Assembly (NCBI RefSeq): GCF_025526975.1
Contig: NW_026515671.1
Span: 558,001 to 622,000, forward strand
DNA from: Fimicolochytrium jonesii
Taxonomy: Eukaryota
Length of the DNA: 64,000 nucleotides
Reading direction: 5' to 3'
Shown: positions 48,951 to 61,872 of the stretch, piece by piece
How the letters are laid out: every line of letters begins with the position of its first letter
Position numbering within the stretch: the first letter of the stretch is position 1
Program-made: the position numbers and the translations under genes
Notes under the pieces: generated by a model
Seen by the model: the letters and a program-made list of their open reading frames with translations, nothing else
Told to the model about the DNA's origin: nothing
The model's database searches: none

Positions 48951-51900
48951 CTACGCAGTGGTGAGGCTCCCCTGCCCGAGGAACGACGTGGTGAGCGCCT
49001 TCTTCCTGATGCCGTTGAACCGAGCTGCCCAGGCCTGCAGAACAGCTTTGTTGCTGGAGAGGAACTGGTAGTGGTGCGTTCCATTGATGCAGATAGAGAA
49101 GTTCCAGACTCCATCGGAGTCCAGTACGTAGTCGGTGTGAACTTGGGATTCGACGAAGATACTGACGCCATTCCGAGTACCTTTCTAGAAATGTGATTGG
49201 CAACGAGAAATATGTTCGCGCTAGGTATTCCGAAAGCTTGATAGAAAGATGTGCGAATCTAACATGGGAACCAACCTCAGGCATGATCGAAAGAATGCCG
49301 TCGTCCGGTAGAATGACCACCATGAAGTGATTCCAAGGGGAAAAGGAAAGCGCTATTTTGCTTTGCGCCGTCTTTCCAACGAGGATACCAGTCAAAATGA
49401 GAGATGTCTTCTGCTTTGGCATGTGCAATTCATCGGTAGTAGTGGTAGCTGTTTTATCCGTAGCCATTTGCTGGGTTAACGCATTGATTGACATACCCAG
49501 GGGCATGTTCGAAGGAACCGCAGAGCTGACAAGGCCGTCGGGATTCCTTGCAACATCATTCAGCAAGGGGCCAAAGAACGAGCCGAGGAAGAACATGTTG
49601 CACTCCCAGATGATCAATGATCGGATTGCGTAGATCGTTTTGACGCCAAGCGGCTCGATGAAAATGAGCGCAAGCTACAAAGAAAGAGAAGGGGGCGATA
49701 TGGATGAGATTCTAGCAGGGAAGTGTAAGGCATTTGAGTTTTATTTACCGCAATAAACGAAAAGGAAGTTGTATTCCAGACAATAAGTGCGATCTTCTGT
49801 GCGTCGTTGTAATCCTTGCGGACGTGCTTCGTGAAGTAGCCGAGTATCATGGCAGCGACGAGGAGGAGGAAGTTGGCGGCCAGGAGAACCCCAGTCATGG
49901 TCCAGTGGAAGTTTGACGAAGAGGATCGACAAGTAATGTAGTTGTAATCGGCGAGATACACTCGCGTGGGTTGCGGAGGATCAATGCCGGTCCAGACGCC
50001 AATGATAACCTGATAATGAAGTTTGCTATGAGAGCCAGCGCACCACCAAATGGTTTTGCGAAGGCGGCTTACTCCTTCAACGGCTAGAACACTCCCGAAA
50101 CGAGCCCAAAAGTGCCATGGGGAAAACTGCAGCACCTTGAGGTACGGGTTGTTGAAAATTCGGAAGATGATCCAATTTCCTATAAGGAGCCGAATCGGAA
50201 AAATGGCACAGAGTTTCGTTCAGCATGGAGGTTGCAGGGTATCATGCATCTGTCATTACGCCGCGCCGACTTACTCTCCAACAGTGCTGTCATGATGGTT
50301 GCGAAGGAAACAGCAAGCATCCACGGCTGAAGGATACATGTCGCCTTTGTGGGGTATCCGGTATAGACGAAGAGAGTGCTGAGACACAGAATGGCGCCGA
50401 TGATCATCTATTTCCCGATCATCAAGTCAGACGGCTAGAAGAGTCGTGATATAAGGCTATCCACAACGCACCCAAATGCAGTAGAACGGAGAAGCGGTTC
50501 TGACAACGCGGACGTCCCGGAAGTGCAAGATAAGACCGATCATGGCAAGCAGAAGGATCAAGCCGATTCCGTAGAGTGCCAGCATTGCTTTCGCAATCGG
50601 TGATTCGTAGTCGACGTAAACGGGTGGACCTCTCGCAGGATCGATGTACGTTCCAGCAAGCTTCTCAGCGTCGATGGTGAGTGCTTTCAAAACTGTGTCG
50701 ATGTTCTCGGCACCGTTCTTTCCGGACAGAAACTCATTGATGCTGGTGTAGAACCGTTGAGACACCGAGAGGTAGCTTCCACCAGAGGCCGCAGAAGGTC
50801 GGGCGGCAACCGAGATGTTTCCGAAAACATCACAATGACCGATTGCTGTGCAGACTTCCTGATCTGTTAACGACAAAGGCGATCAGCATACTTCATTCGT
50901 GGGCTCCCACAGGAAGATTGCGATAGGCGCACCTTGAAACAAGGCCATGTCAGTGGGCAAAAGACCATGGTTGATTGCGCGAGCCTTTTGAATGGCAGGC
51001 GAGGTCAACCATTTCAAGACTTTGACGGCGGAAGCCTCATCCTGCGTGTGGTTTGAGATGGCCAAATGCCATCCTCCGAGCGTTCCAGCCGATTGACCAG
51101 CGATTCTTCCCGGTAGTCTTTTGAAGCCCCATTTACGCGCGGTGTTGTTGAAGGCCTTGGCTTCGGTGAGTGCCTTGATGCAGAAGGGCCAGTTTCTCAT
51201 GAAGATGCTGGGGAGATAAAGAGCAGCAGTGTCAATCGGAGGCTAGCTTGTCCAAACCTCCCATAGAATGATGCAGTCGGCAAGACACTCACGCATAACC
51301 GGCAGCGAAGTCGTCCAAACCAGTTTGTTCGCGATAGACCATCGAGCCCCCTGGGATGATATAAGGGTCGTCGTTGATCCAGCTACGCATCTTATTGAAG
51401 ATCCATTTGGCACCCTCATTGTTGACTGTGACATGACCTTCGGCGTCCTATATAGAGTGCAAGGGCGTTGGAAACCGGAGGCTGAGAAAGCGATGAAGGC
51501 TGGGGAAACTAACCATCAAATCTCCTCTGCCGACACTTTTCACCCATTCCACCACATTGCAAGTCAAGCCTTCATAAGCTATCTCCTGAGAAAGATTAGC
51601 TTTGGGAAATCAGAAATCCCGAAAGCGAGAAAGAAAAGCCTACCATCTAGCTGTCCAAGATAGCCATATAGTTTCTTGTCTATGGCTGTACCGGCAGCCT
51701 GTTCGATTCTTTCACCCTTCAAGATGGCTTTCGCAGCATCTTCCACTTCGTCCCACGTCTCGGGTATAGGCTTGTTGTACTTGTCTAGCAGATCTTGGCG
51801 GTAGTAGAAGATTCCGTAATCGGCGTACCACGGCAGCGCAACTGGAAACAGATAGCCATTAGCACCCGTTATGGCCGACGTTCGAACATGGCGAGAGAGG

Positions 51901-52554
51901 AGGAAGGGCTCACCATGTTTGCCCTTCACGAAATCTTGTCGGAGGATATCTTGATTGAAAGAAGACAAGGTAGCTTGATCGATGTACTTGTCCAGTGGAA
52001 CAAAGAAGTCAGCGTAGTCGCCCGTCCAGACGACGTCAATCATATATATGTCATAGTAATCGGGCTTGTGTGTCTAAGCAAGCGAATGCGGTCGTCAGTC
52101 TACAGTCGTATGGGTCGACAGGGGTTTCTGTGATAATACCTTAAGGTATGTGCTAACGACGGCCGCTGCATCACCAAGCGGAGTAAGCATGATTGGATAC
52201 TGGTTCGGCAAATGGATTCGGAGCACCCGCATGACCATGACTATCCCGAATGCCAAGGAACTTCCTCACCATAGTCAGTGGATACGAGGGTCTGTGGCCA
52301 TTCGATAGTGATATCGATTCCATTTGCGTCGGACCATTGCTGGGCCAAAGGAAGAAGCACATCAGACTCTTGTTGGATTCCAACAGTGGGGAATATAAGC
52401 ACTCGAATGCTCGGCTTCACAGCGGCTGAGGAAGAGGAAGGAATCGAAATGGGGTTAATCGAATTGAAGACTAAGACACGGCCGGAATGAACATACCAGC
52501 AACATAACCCAGCAAGCCGAGAAGGCCGACGAGAACAAGCGCAGGAAATTGCAT
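48951..52554 (-). CDS. Class C-like GPCR with N-terminal bacterial-type sugar solute-binding domain and putative C-terminal PH-like domain
   Basis: Signal peptide MQFPALVLVGLLGLLGYVA; SBP motifs IDVVW, ALPWYADYGIFYYRQDLLDKY, PETWDE, YEGLTCN, FMRNWP, TLGGWHLAIS; 7TM motifs VRTASPFY, CILQPW, KNWIIFRIFNN, WTGIDPP..C, TKHVRKDYNDAQKI; last exon 49184-48951. Confidence 0.88.
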
Positions 52555-54374
52555 GATATCAGAAATCGAGTTGAGATGGGTCAAGATTTGACGGGCTTAT
52601 TTACCTACGGGACGTGGCCCATCCTGTCAAACGGCATTGGGTGCTTGCATCCTTGAATGGAAGATTCGAGCCACAGAAGGCCCCCTTGTTGTTCGGCACA
52701 TGTGAATTGAGAGTAGGATTCAGCTTAATCTCCCAAACACGGTCAAGAGGGTCGGTAACAGTGAGACTAAAATTGGACACACTGCAACCGGGAGACGTCC
52801 AGACAATCTAATTCAAGGCTCTCAAAGTGTTAGTCTTTCAATAATAAACAGTCAAGGCCCAATAAAATCGTATTATGACGGAATCGGCTGTCAATTTCGA
52901 GGACGCGCTGTCGATTTGGGCATCCTGACAGTGTCGCCTGTTCTAAACATTGGTTCACTGTGAATGGACATGTCCGACCACAAGTGAGGATGGTCCACAC
53001 TGCACAGCAAGGACTCTAAGATCTATTATGGGCAGATGGACTCGTCTTCGCAACGTTCGCAAGCGTCGTCACTGGGAACGCATTCGCTACTTCTACCAAT
53101 AGTCCACATCGGCATGCGTTCTCGGGAGTCTCGTATCCCATCTTGTGTGGGAAAATGACAGGGAACAGGGGGACACGCTGCTCCCGCGAAGCGAAGGAAG
53201 GATAGCAGGACACGCACACATCAAGTACGTACCGAACATTCTGCAAATTGTACGCATGCCGATAGCTACCTATGTAAACCAAGAAAAACGGGCACGAAAC
53301 TACCATCAAGACATGCACAAGCATCACAAGGTTTCAAGTTTTATTTCGCTTCTCATTGGGATTCTTTTTTACTCTTACACTACATTCAGATCGCAATCCT
53401 CCCGGGTCCCACTCCATCCTGCTCAAACAGCTATATACAGAACGCAATAAACGGAAAAGAAACACAAACCCCCGAAAACCGAAATAAGAAGGAGTCCTTG
53501 CTTGTCAACAACGAAAGATATTTTTTTGCCTCGCATGTTATTCATCTCGTATACCGAAAACGAAATAATTACGCGCGCGGGGTCCCAGTACAGTCCGAAG
53601 AAGCTCCCCGCCCCGAGGGTAAACGCAGAACACGAGAAACGACGGCGAAGAGGGAACTCCAAGCAAAGCCGTGAGTGGGTGGGTAGGTGGTGCGAACGCG
53701 TTCCCAGTTCCTCAGAAGAAACCTCTCTCTTGCGGAGAACAACTTCTGCTGCAAATAAATATACAAAGGGGAATACCGGAAGTCGGTAGTGGGGGTGATG
53801 TGAGAAAGTGAAGAAACAGAAAACGAGATTGCCTTTTTGGTCATCATGAACATCATCAGTTACACGTTTTGGTTGTGCGTGTGAAGGTGAACACTACCAG
53901 TCAAGGTTGGGACAGGTCCTCCAGTTCCCGGTTGTTGGTGAGGGGGTCAGGCTGCTCTAGCTGACCCCGCGCGGGAAGTCGGGTCGTGCGTGGCGACGGG
54001 AAGCCGACCGCAACTGCGGCGTTGTTGTGTCCAAAAGCTCTGGGTAGCTTCGGGTGGGAATAAACCGCGGGATGATTGGGAAGGGTAGGTTCCATGGTGG
54101 GTATTTGAATTTGTTGCCGGTGTCCAAAAGTGACGCCCGACGGTGCGAAGGGCGTTGATAATTATTGCGTTGCTTGAAGTCCGCGGGGGGTGGAGTTGAT
54201 GAATAGCACCGGAATCGATCGAGATGTCGAAACCACATATGCGGAAATTTGTTAATATGATTGCCCAGTGTCGTTGCTTGGGTATGTCGTAATAGAGGAT
54301 GTTGCTTGTTTGATATGGAGCCGAAGGATACGCCGGCGACGGGAAATGACGGGGTGTGATGGCCATGCGACCCT

Positions 54375-55319
54375 TTACATCTGCGAGTCTTGATCTCCAC
54401 CGCATCGAGACGTCTTCAGATGCCGGCGCAGCGCATCCGAGCGCGTGAATCGCTTGTCACAGTCCGGGTCGGGGCATCCGTAGGGCTTGATGGCATCGTG
54501 TACCAATGCGTGGCGTTCGAGATCGTGCGCTCGGAGGAAGTCCTTCGGGCAGTCGTGGCACTTGAAGAGTCGTGCTCGGCACGGGTTGTGGGTTTTCAGG
54601 TGTGTTTGCAGGTTGAACTTCCGGGTGAATTTCTTGTCGCACGAGGCGATCGTGCATTGGTAAACGGCGCTCGATCGACGTTTCCTTGGTGACGGGTATG
54701 GGTTCTCGCCGAATTCGCCCTTTATGCTTGGACTCAACGTCGACAGGTCGTAAGCATCTGATGAGTGTTCGTGGGGGTGGTCCTCCAACAAGCTGGCGAA
54801 GAACTTGCTCAGGTTATACCCAGTATCGAAATCGCCATCCAACCCCGCGGGGCTCATAGTCCCCGAACACTCTACGCCAGCGGTTTCACTCTGCTTCAGA
54901 GCTTTGGTGAGGGCATCATCGAAGGCTCTCGCATGCACCGTGTTGTCGTCAAATATCGACGGTGTGTTCTGGTCAAGCGGGTACAGAGCCATATTCCCAA
55001 GATCTGCCAAAGGGAAGACGGGACCGTCAGCAACTGGCTTGGTAGGGTCGAAGGGAAGGAAAGAGTCGTCGTAAGGAACCAACGGCGACATCGAGTCGTG
55101 GATGGAGGTGGTATCGGTCTCGGGGGACCAGAGGTATTCGCTTGAGAGGCTCGAGTCGCTCAACCACTGTGTTTGGGTGAGAGACTTAGAGTAGAAGTCG
55201 TCCAAGATCTGATCGAGTTCAGGTGAAGGATAGAAAGCCGATTGGTTATTCAGTTCTTTCCCGTCGGTATAAGTGTTATCGAGGTTGAGGAAAGCATCTG
55301 CGTTGTCTAGGAACGCCAT
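54375..55319 (-). CDS. C2H2 zinc-finger transcription factor (Crz1-like finger arrangement), single exon
   Basis: Acidic N-terminus, PRKRR basic motif, and fingers CTIASCDKKFTRKFNLQTHLKTH, CHDCPKDFLRAHDLERHALVH, CPDPDCDKRFTRSDALRRHLKTSRC. Confidence 0.9.
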   Translation of the reverse strand: MAFLDNADAFLNLDNTYTDGKELNNQSAFYPSPELDQILDDFYSKSLTQTQWLSDSSLSSEYLWSPETDTTSIHDSMSPLVPYDDSFLPFDPTKPVADGPVFPLADLGNMALYPLDQNTPSIFDDNTVHARAFDDALTKALKQSETAGVECSGTMSPAGLDGDFDTGYNLSKFFASLLEDHPHEHSSDAYDLSTLSPSIKGEFGENPYPSPRKRRSSAVYQCTIASCDKKFTRKFNLQTHLKTHNPCRARLFKCHDCPKDFLRAHDLERHALVHDAIKPYGCPDPDCDKRFTRSDALRRHLKTSRCGGDQDSQM

Positions 55320-56318
55320 TGCTCGGCTTGTCGCAACAATAGCTGTTGCGGACAGATGTAGGCTTGAGAGAAGTCGACCAGGAAAAAACTGTCGTTCTCT
55401 ATGGAACTGTGCTGCTTTTTCGATAACGGAGGGGAAGAGAGCGACGCACGTCGTAGGTAGTTTTTGTTTTTACCTCAGTGTGTCAAGGGAAGTCCAAGTG
55501 ATTTGCTTGACGCAGGAATCAACTGTGGAAATTAGGAGAGGGAAAGCACTTTACGCTTTTGAGTGAGTTGGGAGTCTCCTCCTCCTTCTTCTCCTCCGGG
55601 GTACTTGGTGCCTTGTGGTATGCGAGTCCTTGAGCAGCACAAAGAAGCTTACTGTTCCTTGTTGCCAAGCTTTTCGGCAGAACGTGGACGGGTTATGGCT
55701 TTGGCTTACCGTAACGTGGACGGGTTCTTTATGAGAAGAAACCTGCCACGTATCCGGAATGAGCTTTGACGTTGCAGGAAGTTGCGAGGGCCCTTGGCCT
55801 ATCAAATAGGAATATGTGCTGTGGACAAGCAAGCCGTAGTTGAGTCGAGTGAGTCGTGGGAATCAACGGAAAGCCGCCTGGGGCTTTGGAGGATAGCGGG
55901 GCAGTTTTTATAGCGCAATGTGGGGAAGCCACGAGAGAAGGAGGATGCCAAGTGGGGAAGCAACAATGGGCAGACGTTTATTTCGACTTACTAATCTCCG
56001 ACTTCCTAGGAGCCTTTTAATGCGTCACGTGAATCGAGTAAATCGGGCTTTTGACAGTCCTTTGTACGGTTGTCCGACAACCGCTCTGAAATGATTGATG
56101 CTCACGGCAAACGAGGCTCGCCGATATTCAACTTTGAGAAGCGATTGATTTTTCATGACAAAGTACAACATTGTTTTTGAGTGCGTAAAAGAACCGTGGT
56201 TCTGTACGAGGTATTTATTTCTACATGTGCATCCAGTGCATCTCTATCTAACAGGTTCTCTAATGGGAAAAATGTACATTTCTAGTCACACTTTGGAAAG
56301 GGTATTGGATGACCCATT

Positions 56319-57345
56319 TCAAACGGCCACCGGCCAGCCCGCCCCATCAAGGACGATCTTGTTGATGCCCAACGTCGGCGCTCCCCTCGCGTCGTAGTAG
56401 TGGTACACGAGCAAGTGCCCATCCACATCCTGCATCAAGCTCTGACCACCGGGGCCATGCACATCTCCGTGGGCTCCAAGCACCTCCGTACCTCCACCCG
56501 CAGCCATATCCACCCCGTTCCTGTCGAGGAACGGTCCATTGCGGTGGGCGGAGCGACCAACCATGACGTGATACGTGCTGCCGACGCCCTGGCAGCACTT
56601 GTCGAACGAGACGAAGAGGTACCAGTAGTTGCCGATCTTGTGTTGGTACGCACCCTCGACTGCCCCGCCGTTGCGCGGGCGCGATGCCAGGCCGTGCCGC
56701 CTGCCACCCAACCGCAGGCCCGTGGCGGGGTCAATGTCGATCTGGTGGATGCCGTCGCCAAACGAGCCAAGCGTCAAGACCCACTTCCCGTTTGAGTCAA
56801 CGACCAGACCGGGGTCAATCGCATTGAACGTCGACGTTTGGGTGCTCTTGATGACCAATCCGCGGTTGGTCCACGACCCGGCTCGACCGGTCGTGCTGGT
56901 CGCGAGGAAGATTGCGGAGTTTCGCGACCCGAACGACGAGCACGAGTAGTACATGTAAAACTTGCCCTTGATGACATGCACATCGGGTGCCCAGATGTTG
57001 CGGTCGCCGGCGGTGTAGGAGTTGCACCAGGGTAGGCCGTTGGGGAAGGCGACGCCGGCGTCGCGGAAGTTGGTCCGGTCGGTGGAGGTTTTGATGGAGA
57101 TGCCTGGGGCGGTGCCGTACACGAAGTAGGTGGAGCCAAGTTTGGCCATGGAGGGGTCGTGTACGCCGATGTTACCGGTGACTTTACCGGGGTTGGGGTC
57201 TGCATCCAAATGAAGAGGAGGTTCTGTGAGATCGCTGAATCCACCGAACAAGTGATTGATGAGACAGAAACTTACATCCAGCAGCGACACCACTCACCGC
57301 CATCGCGGCGGACGCAAAGGACAGAAATTGCGTAAGAAACTTCAT
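56319..57345 (-). CDS. Secreted GH43 endo-1,5-alpha-L-arabinanase
   Basis: Signal peptide MKFLTQFLSFASAAMAVSGVAAG, one intron, then YPNPGKVTGNIGVHDP (base), WAPD, NAIDP (pKa modulator), AVEGA (acid), SFDKCCQG, GPGGQ. Confidence 0.93.
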
Positions 57346-60184
57346 CTTGTGGTTTTGCTGGGTTTAGGTGATGGCAATTTGTGGGGCTCTGAGGCTGCTT
57401 CACCGCTATGTGTTGAACACTGAATAGCGACGTGTTCCCGAGACAACCCATACACGGCGGTACTTTTATACTTTTATGCACTCTCATACCTGCAAGAACA
57501 TCCTTCACCTGCATACTACAGGTATCCATATCTCGCTAGAGCCCTTTGATCGTTGTTTCCCTCAGGAAAGAACGCCAGCCGACAACCGCCCGCCCCATCC
57601 CACGTACGCGTCGACGTCCTACAACATAACTCCGATCGGCCCAACTGGACATAAATCATACACCCCCCGTTGATCCCCGAAGACCCGTCCAAAGGCAGAC
57701 AACGCCAAGCACAACGACCATTGGTGTCATGGGGGGTAGCTGTAAATTTCCCAAACCGGCCGCACAATCCAAAAGAACTTTGATCGGAGTTAGAGTAAGC
57801 GGTGGAACTAGAATGTTTTGAATGTCGTTGTGCAAATTTTTGTCGGAGGTGGATATCGCCGATTGAGAGGAATGTCGTTAGTGGATGGGTTATGTGCGGC
57901 AACTCCGCTGGAATGACGCCGCGTTTGTCGATATACAGTATTTACCGGGTGCAGTGAGTGGGGCACGTGTGTGACAATCTGAATTGTTGGGTGTGACCTC
58001 GGCGACTTCGGGATTCGGGATGGTTTGGCGACTTTGTGCCGCGCGCATTGGGAAATTGGAATCTTGGTCCTGGGAGGATCATCCCAGACGCGTTCGGTTA
58101 TGTCATCACTTCTCCGCTCGAACTTTTTCACGTCCTTCTGTTTCGGGGATGACTCCTCGGGAAAAGGAAGCTCAGAGCGCCAATCCGGACGGGAAAAGCG
58201 CCTCGGACTTCCTTACAAGTGCCCGCCGTAGGAAGCGGAGAGCGGCGATTCGACCTGACATCGCCAAGATGGAGCCGCAAACGGAGTGGATACTGGCAAA
58301 AAGCAATTCTTTTCACGTTCTTCATCTTCGGGCATGACTAAGGGATGGGTTGTCCCTTGAGCGTTCCAGAGCGTAGACGAGGATGAAATTCTCGAGGGTG
58401 CATTTACAGTACATCAAGCGAGCGAGGCGGAACGGGCCAGGTTGACGCCGCCAAGGCAGGATTCGAGCCGCAAAACGAATCTTGAAACGGTATCCGTATT
58501 TCTCACAGGATGAGAGTTTTTTTACTTTGCTTTCACTTACAGATCACACTTGCTCATACGCAGCATGTACGGCGAATCCAGCCGCATTTGCCGTGCGGTG
58601 GCCACAAGCTGGGTTGTCTGAGTTTAGCCGTGCCGCCAGGATGCTGTACGTATTCATCGCATTCAACGATGGATGGTCGTGATTGCATACGATTGACCTA
58701 TACGCTTCGACAATTGACCTTGCATACGATTCGAGAGACACTTGCGACGACCCCGCGGCTTGGCGCATCTCAACAACAAAGCGGTCGTCGCAGCATGAAC
58801 CGCGCGCGTTCAGTGACAACCGCGCTTTATGTAAGCGAGCGGAGCTTACCTTTTGACCAGCTGGGCCTTAGCGCGAGCGAAGCAATGCTCAACGCACTGA
58901 TCCAGCTGCTCTCGCCCACAAAAAAGGGCAATTCACGCGCTTGTCCAGCTTATGACAGATAACGATACAAACCCCTCCCCGTGTTCATAATCCCCTCAAC
59001 GGGAATTCCGGGAAAACAAGCGTGGGAAATGATCTTTAATCACAGCTAACGGCATAACTTCTGACGAGCCCCGTCGTCATGGCACCCATCTCCTTGATCC
59101 CGTGGGTTTGCATGGACCCTGAAATGCGGACATAATGAAGGAAACTGGCGATACGACGGGTTACGATGCTCCCCGATGAAAGACCGGTTGAAACGGATTT
59201 GTAAACCTTGTCGATGATATTGTTGGCGGCGACGAGAAACAAGCGTCCTTTGGGTGACATTTCCTTCAGCCGTCCTCGGTCGCTGGGTCTCTCCGCTAGC
59301 CTGCGACCATGAAGGGGGTGGTTGGGTTAAAGTCAGCACGTTCGCACTTACACATTGTTCCTTTCGTGCTCCAACCTTATCTCTCTCCAGCGTCCTTGTC
59401 TCTTGCCTTTGGCCCCTTTTTTTTGCACCGCCCACGGATAACAATTCGTAAAGAATGAAATTGGAAATCGATAACAGACTCGATGCGCGGGATGCCTAAA
59501 CCCCGGCATGCCCAAACCCACGCTTAATGCGCAATGAGCCCGGCTCATACCTGACCTATTTCTTCCACAGCTGAACGCGTGTTTGGGCTGGATCTCCCGC
59601 CTTACGAAAGGCCGCCAATGTCTCATTGTTACCAGGGCGGAGTGACGTTTACCGCCTAACCTAAGAATCCCAATTTCCCAATCGGCCTCTTTCTGTCACA
59701 AATAGCTGGTCCTGGTTTCCCACAAAGCACCCTTTGCAAACTCTTTCCGGTGGCATTCATAGAGGCGTTAGCAAGGAATCCACCGAGGGCTTTGCTTTTC
59801 GGGAGACAACCTTTGCACTAAGTTGCAGCAAACACGCTCCGTTTCGCGCACCCCCTGACGGAGTTCAGCATTTATACCGAGCGCCTTAGCGTTCCTCCCC
59901 TTCGCTCCGTTACCACAGACGTATACGCAGTTTGGGATACATTTGATCGTGTTATCCGACTAAGCTTTCTGTTCTGTCTATCCTATAACATCGTCGCCAC
60001 CACCCTATTTCGATATCTTACTACGTCCTTAAAGTTGTGGGATACTCAAAAAGAAGCTATCTGTACCGCCCACATCACGCCCGTCGTTACGTGTATAATC
60101 GTACGCGCCATTTAACGTTCCCTCGCCGTCATCGGAGTTTTGCAAGTCGAGCTCATTCACGTAGAGCAAGAACACAACACAACC

Positions 60185-61872
60185 ATGCAGACGCTTACGG
60201 GAGCGGTTGAGACGCTCCAAGACGCCGTGCTACTGTTTGAGGCGTGCAGGGAAGGATATCTGCCGCGTGTGCAGAGGCGGTTGAACGAATCGGAGAAGGT
60301 GAGATTTATCGACAATCCGTCACTGGAAATTCATCGGTTCCTGCAATCAATCGTCCTCATTCCTAAACATGACATTCTACCGCTCTCTGCTTTCAGCGAG
60401 CTCGCATTCGATCGGGCGCCATCTTCGTCTGGGACGAGGAGGAGGCCGCGATTAAGCGTTGGACCGATAGTCGCCTCTGGTCACCGTCGCGTCGATTTCA
60501 AGAAAGGTTCCTCACGTATTACGAGATCGAAGGCAAAGAAGCCACAGCGACACAAGTAGAAGCCCGACCGGTGGTCAATCGTGACCCATTCGTCGCGCCA
60601 AGCAGCGGGCCAGTGGTTCGCAAGCCCGGAGGCCTGTCTAAACGCTGCCTCTCCGTCCGCACATCCAACGGCAGGAAGCTGCACCTCGTCGCATACTACC
60701 TCGAAGCTGACCTCAACGAGGGCAAGCTTTTGCGTCCGCACCAGCAGCAGGCTCTCGCGGGACTGACCGAGCGGCTACTCACCTACGAGGCGTTTAGGAG
60801 GTATCCCGATTTGTGGCAGGCGTGGCTGGACCCGAAGAATGCGGACCGGGCGGCGAGGGCGAGAGGAGGACCCATCAGCCCGAATGCCGGTCTCGAGACG
60901 GCGAGAGAATCGGTGGAGTACGATAACACTGCGGCCGCAGTGGTAGGCGCGGCGCAGCAACGAGACTATCCACGCCAGCAGTATTACCCTGCTGCTGGGT
61001 TTCCTTTCCCGACGGGTCCGTGGACACCTGCGAATGTCGCGGCACCAGATGGATACCGTGACGCCTCGTACCCACCACCTCCGTCGGCCCGGTACGCCGG
61101 TGGGCAAGGGATGCATGCCCACACGCAACGAGGCCCGGACCCCGTCATGATGCGTGGCCCTCCAGCCCAACCGGGCGATGGCGTTCATCATCCGCATCAC
61201 CGCTATGATCACGCGCGCCCAGTACGTGCTCCACATTACGCACATCCGCACGCAGAGCAGCAGGCCGCGTACTGGCGGCCCCCACACCACCACCACCGTC
61301 CCGGTCCTTGTAACGAGCCATGCTGCGTAGGCCAAGATACGTCCATGCTCGCTGCGCACCGCTCGGCAGGCCAGCTGGACATGTCCATACCCGACGCCGG
61401 AGGCGAAGTTCTCTCTACCGGCGCAGGCAAAGCCCACATCCCATCAAACTTTACGCCCGCGTACGTCGCATACCCAAACATGCGGGGTATTGCACAGACA
61501 GCAGCAGGCGGAAGCAATGGTGACCGTCGCTCCTCCACCTCGCGCCTCCCACAACAACACCCAATCGCTCGCTTCGCCGACAACCCTTACGCACGACGAA
61601 CAAGCACGTCGTCCGCGTCCACGGCGACGCCTCCGCCTTTCCTCGTCCATTCGGCGGCGTCTAGCAACACCAGCGTCGGCACGGCCCCGCATGATGCGCT
61701 GGTGCCGCACGGCACGCCCAATTTGTCGGTCGACCCGGCGTTGCTCACTGGGAATGGGAAGAAGGCTGTGACTTCGCCTCCGCGTGTGGCAAATGTGTCG
61801 AAGGCGGAAACGAGGCCGGAGTTCTCTCCCGCGGATGCTCCGAGACGGTTGAGCATTACGGGGTTGAGCTGA
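60185..61872 (+). CDS. Gti1/Pac2 (WOPR) family transcription factor
   Basis: WOPRa DAVLLFEACREGYLPRVQRRL...IRSGAIFVWDEEEAAIKRWTDSRLWSPSR and WOPRb KPGGLSKRCLSV..HLVAYY; one intron after 60298. Confidence 0.93.
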
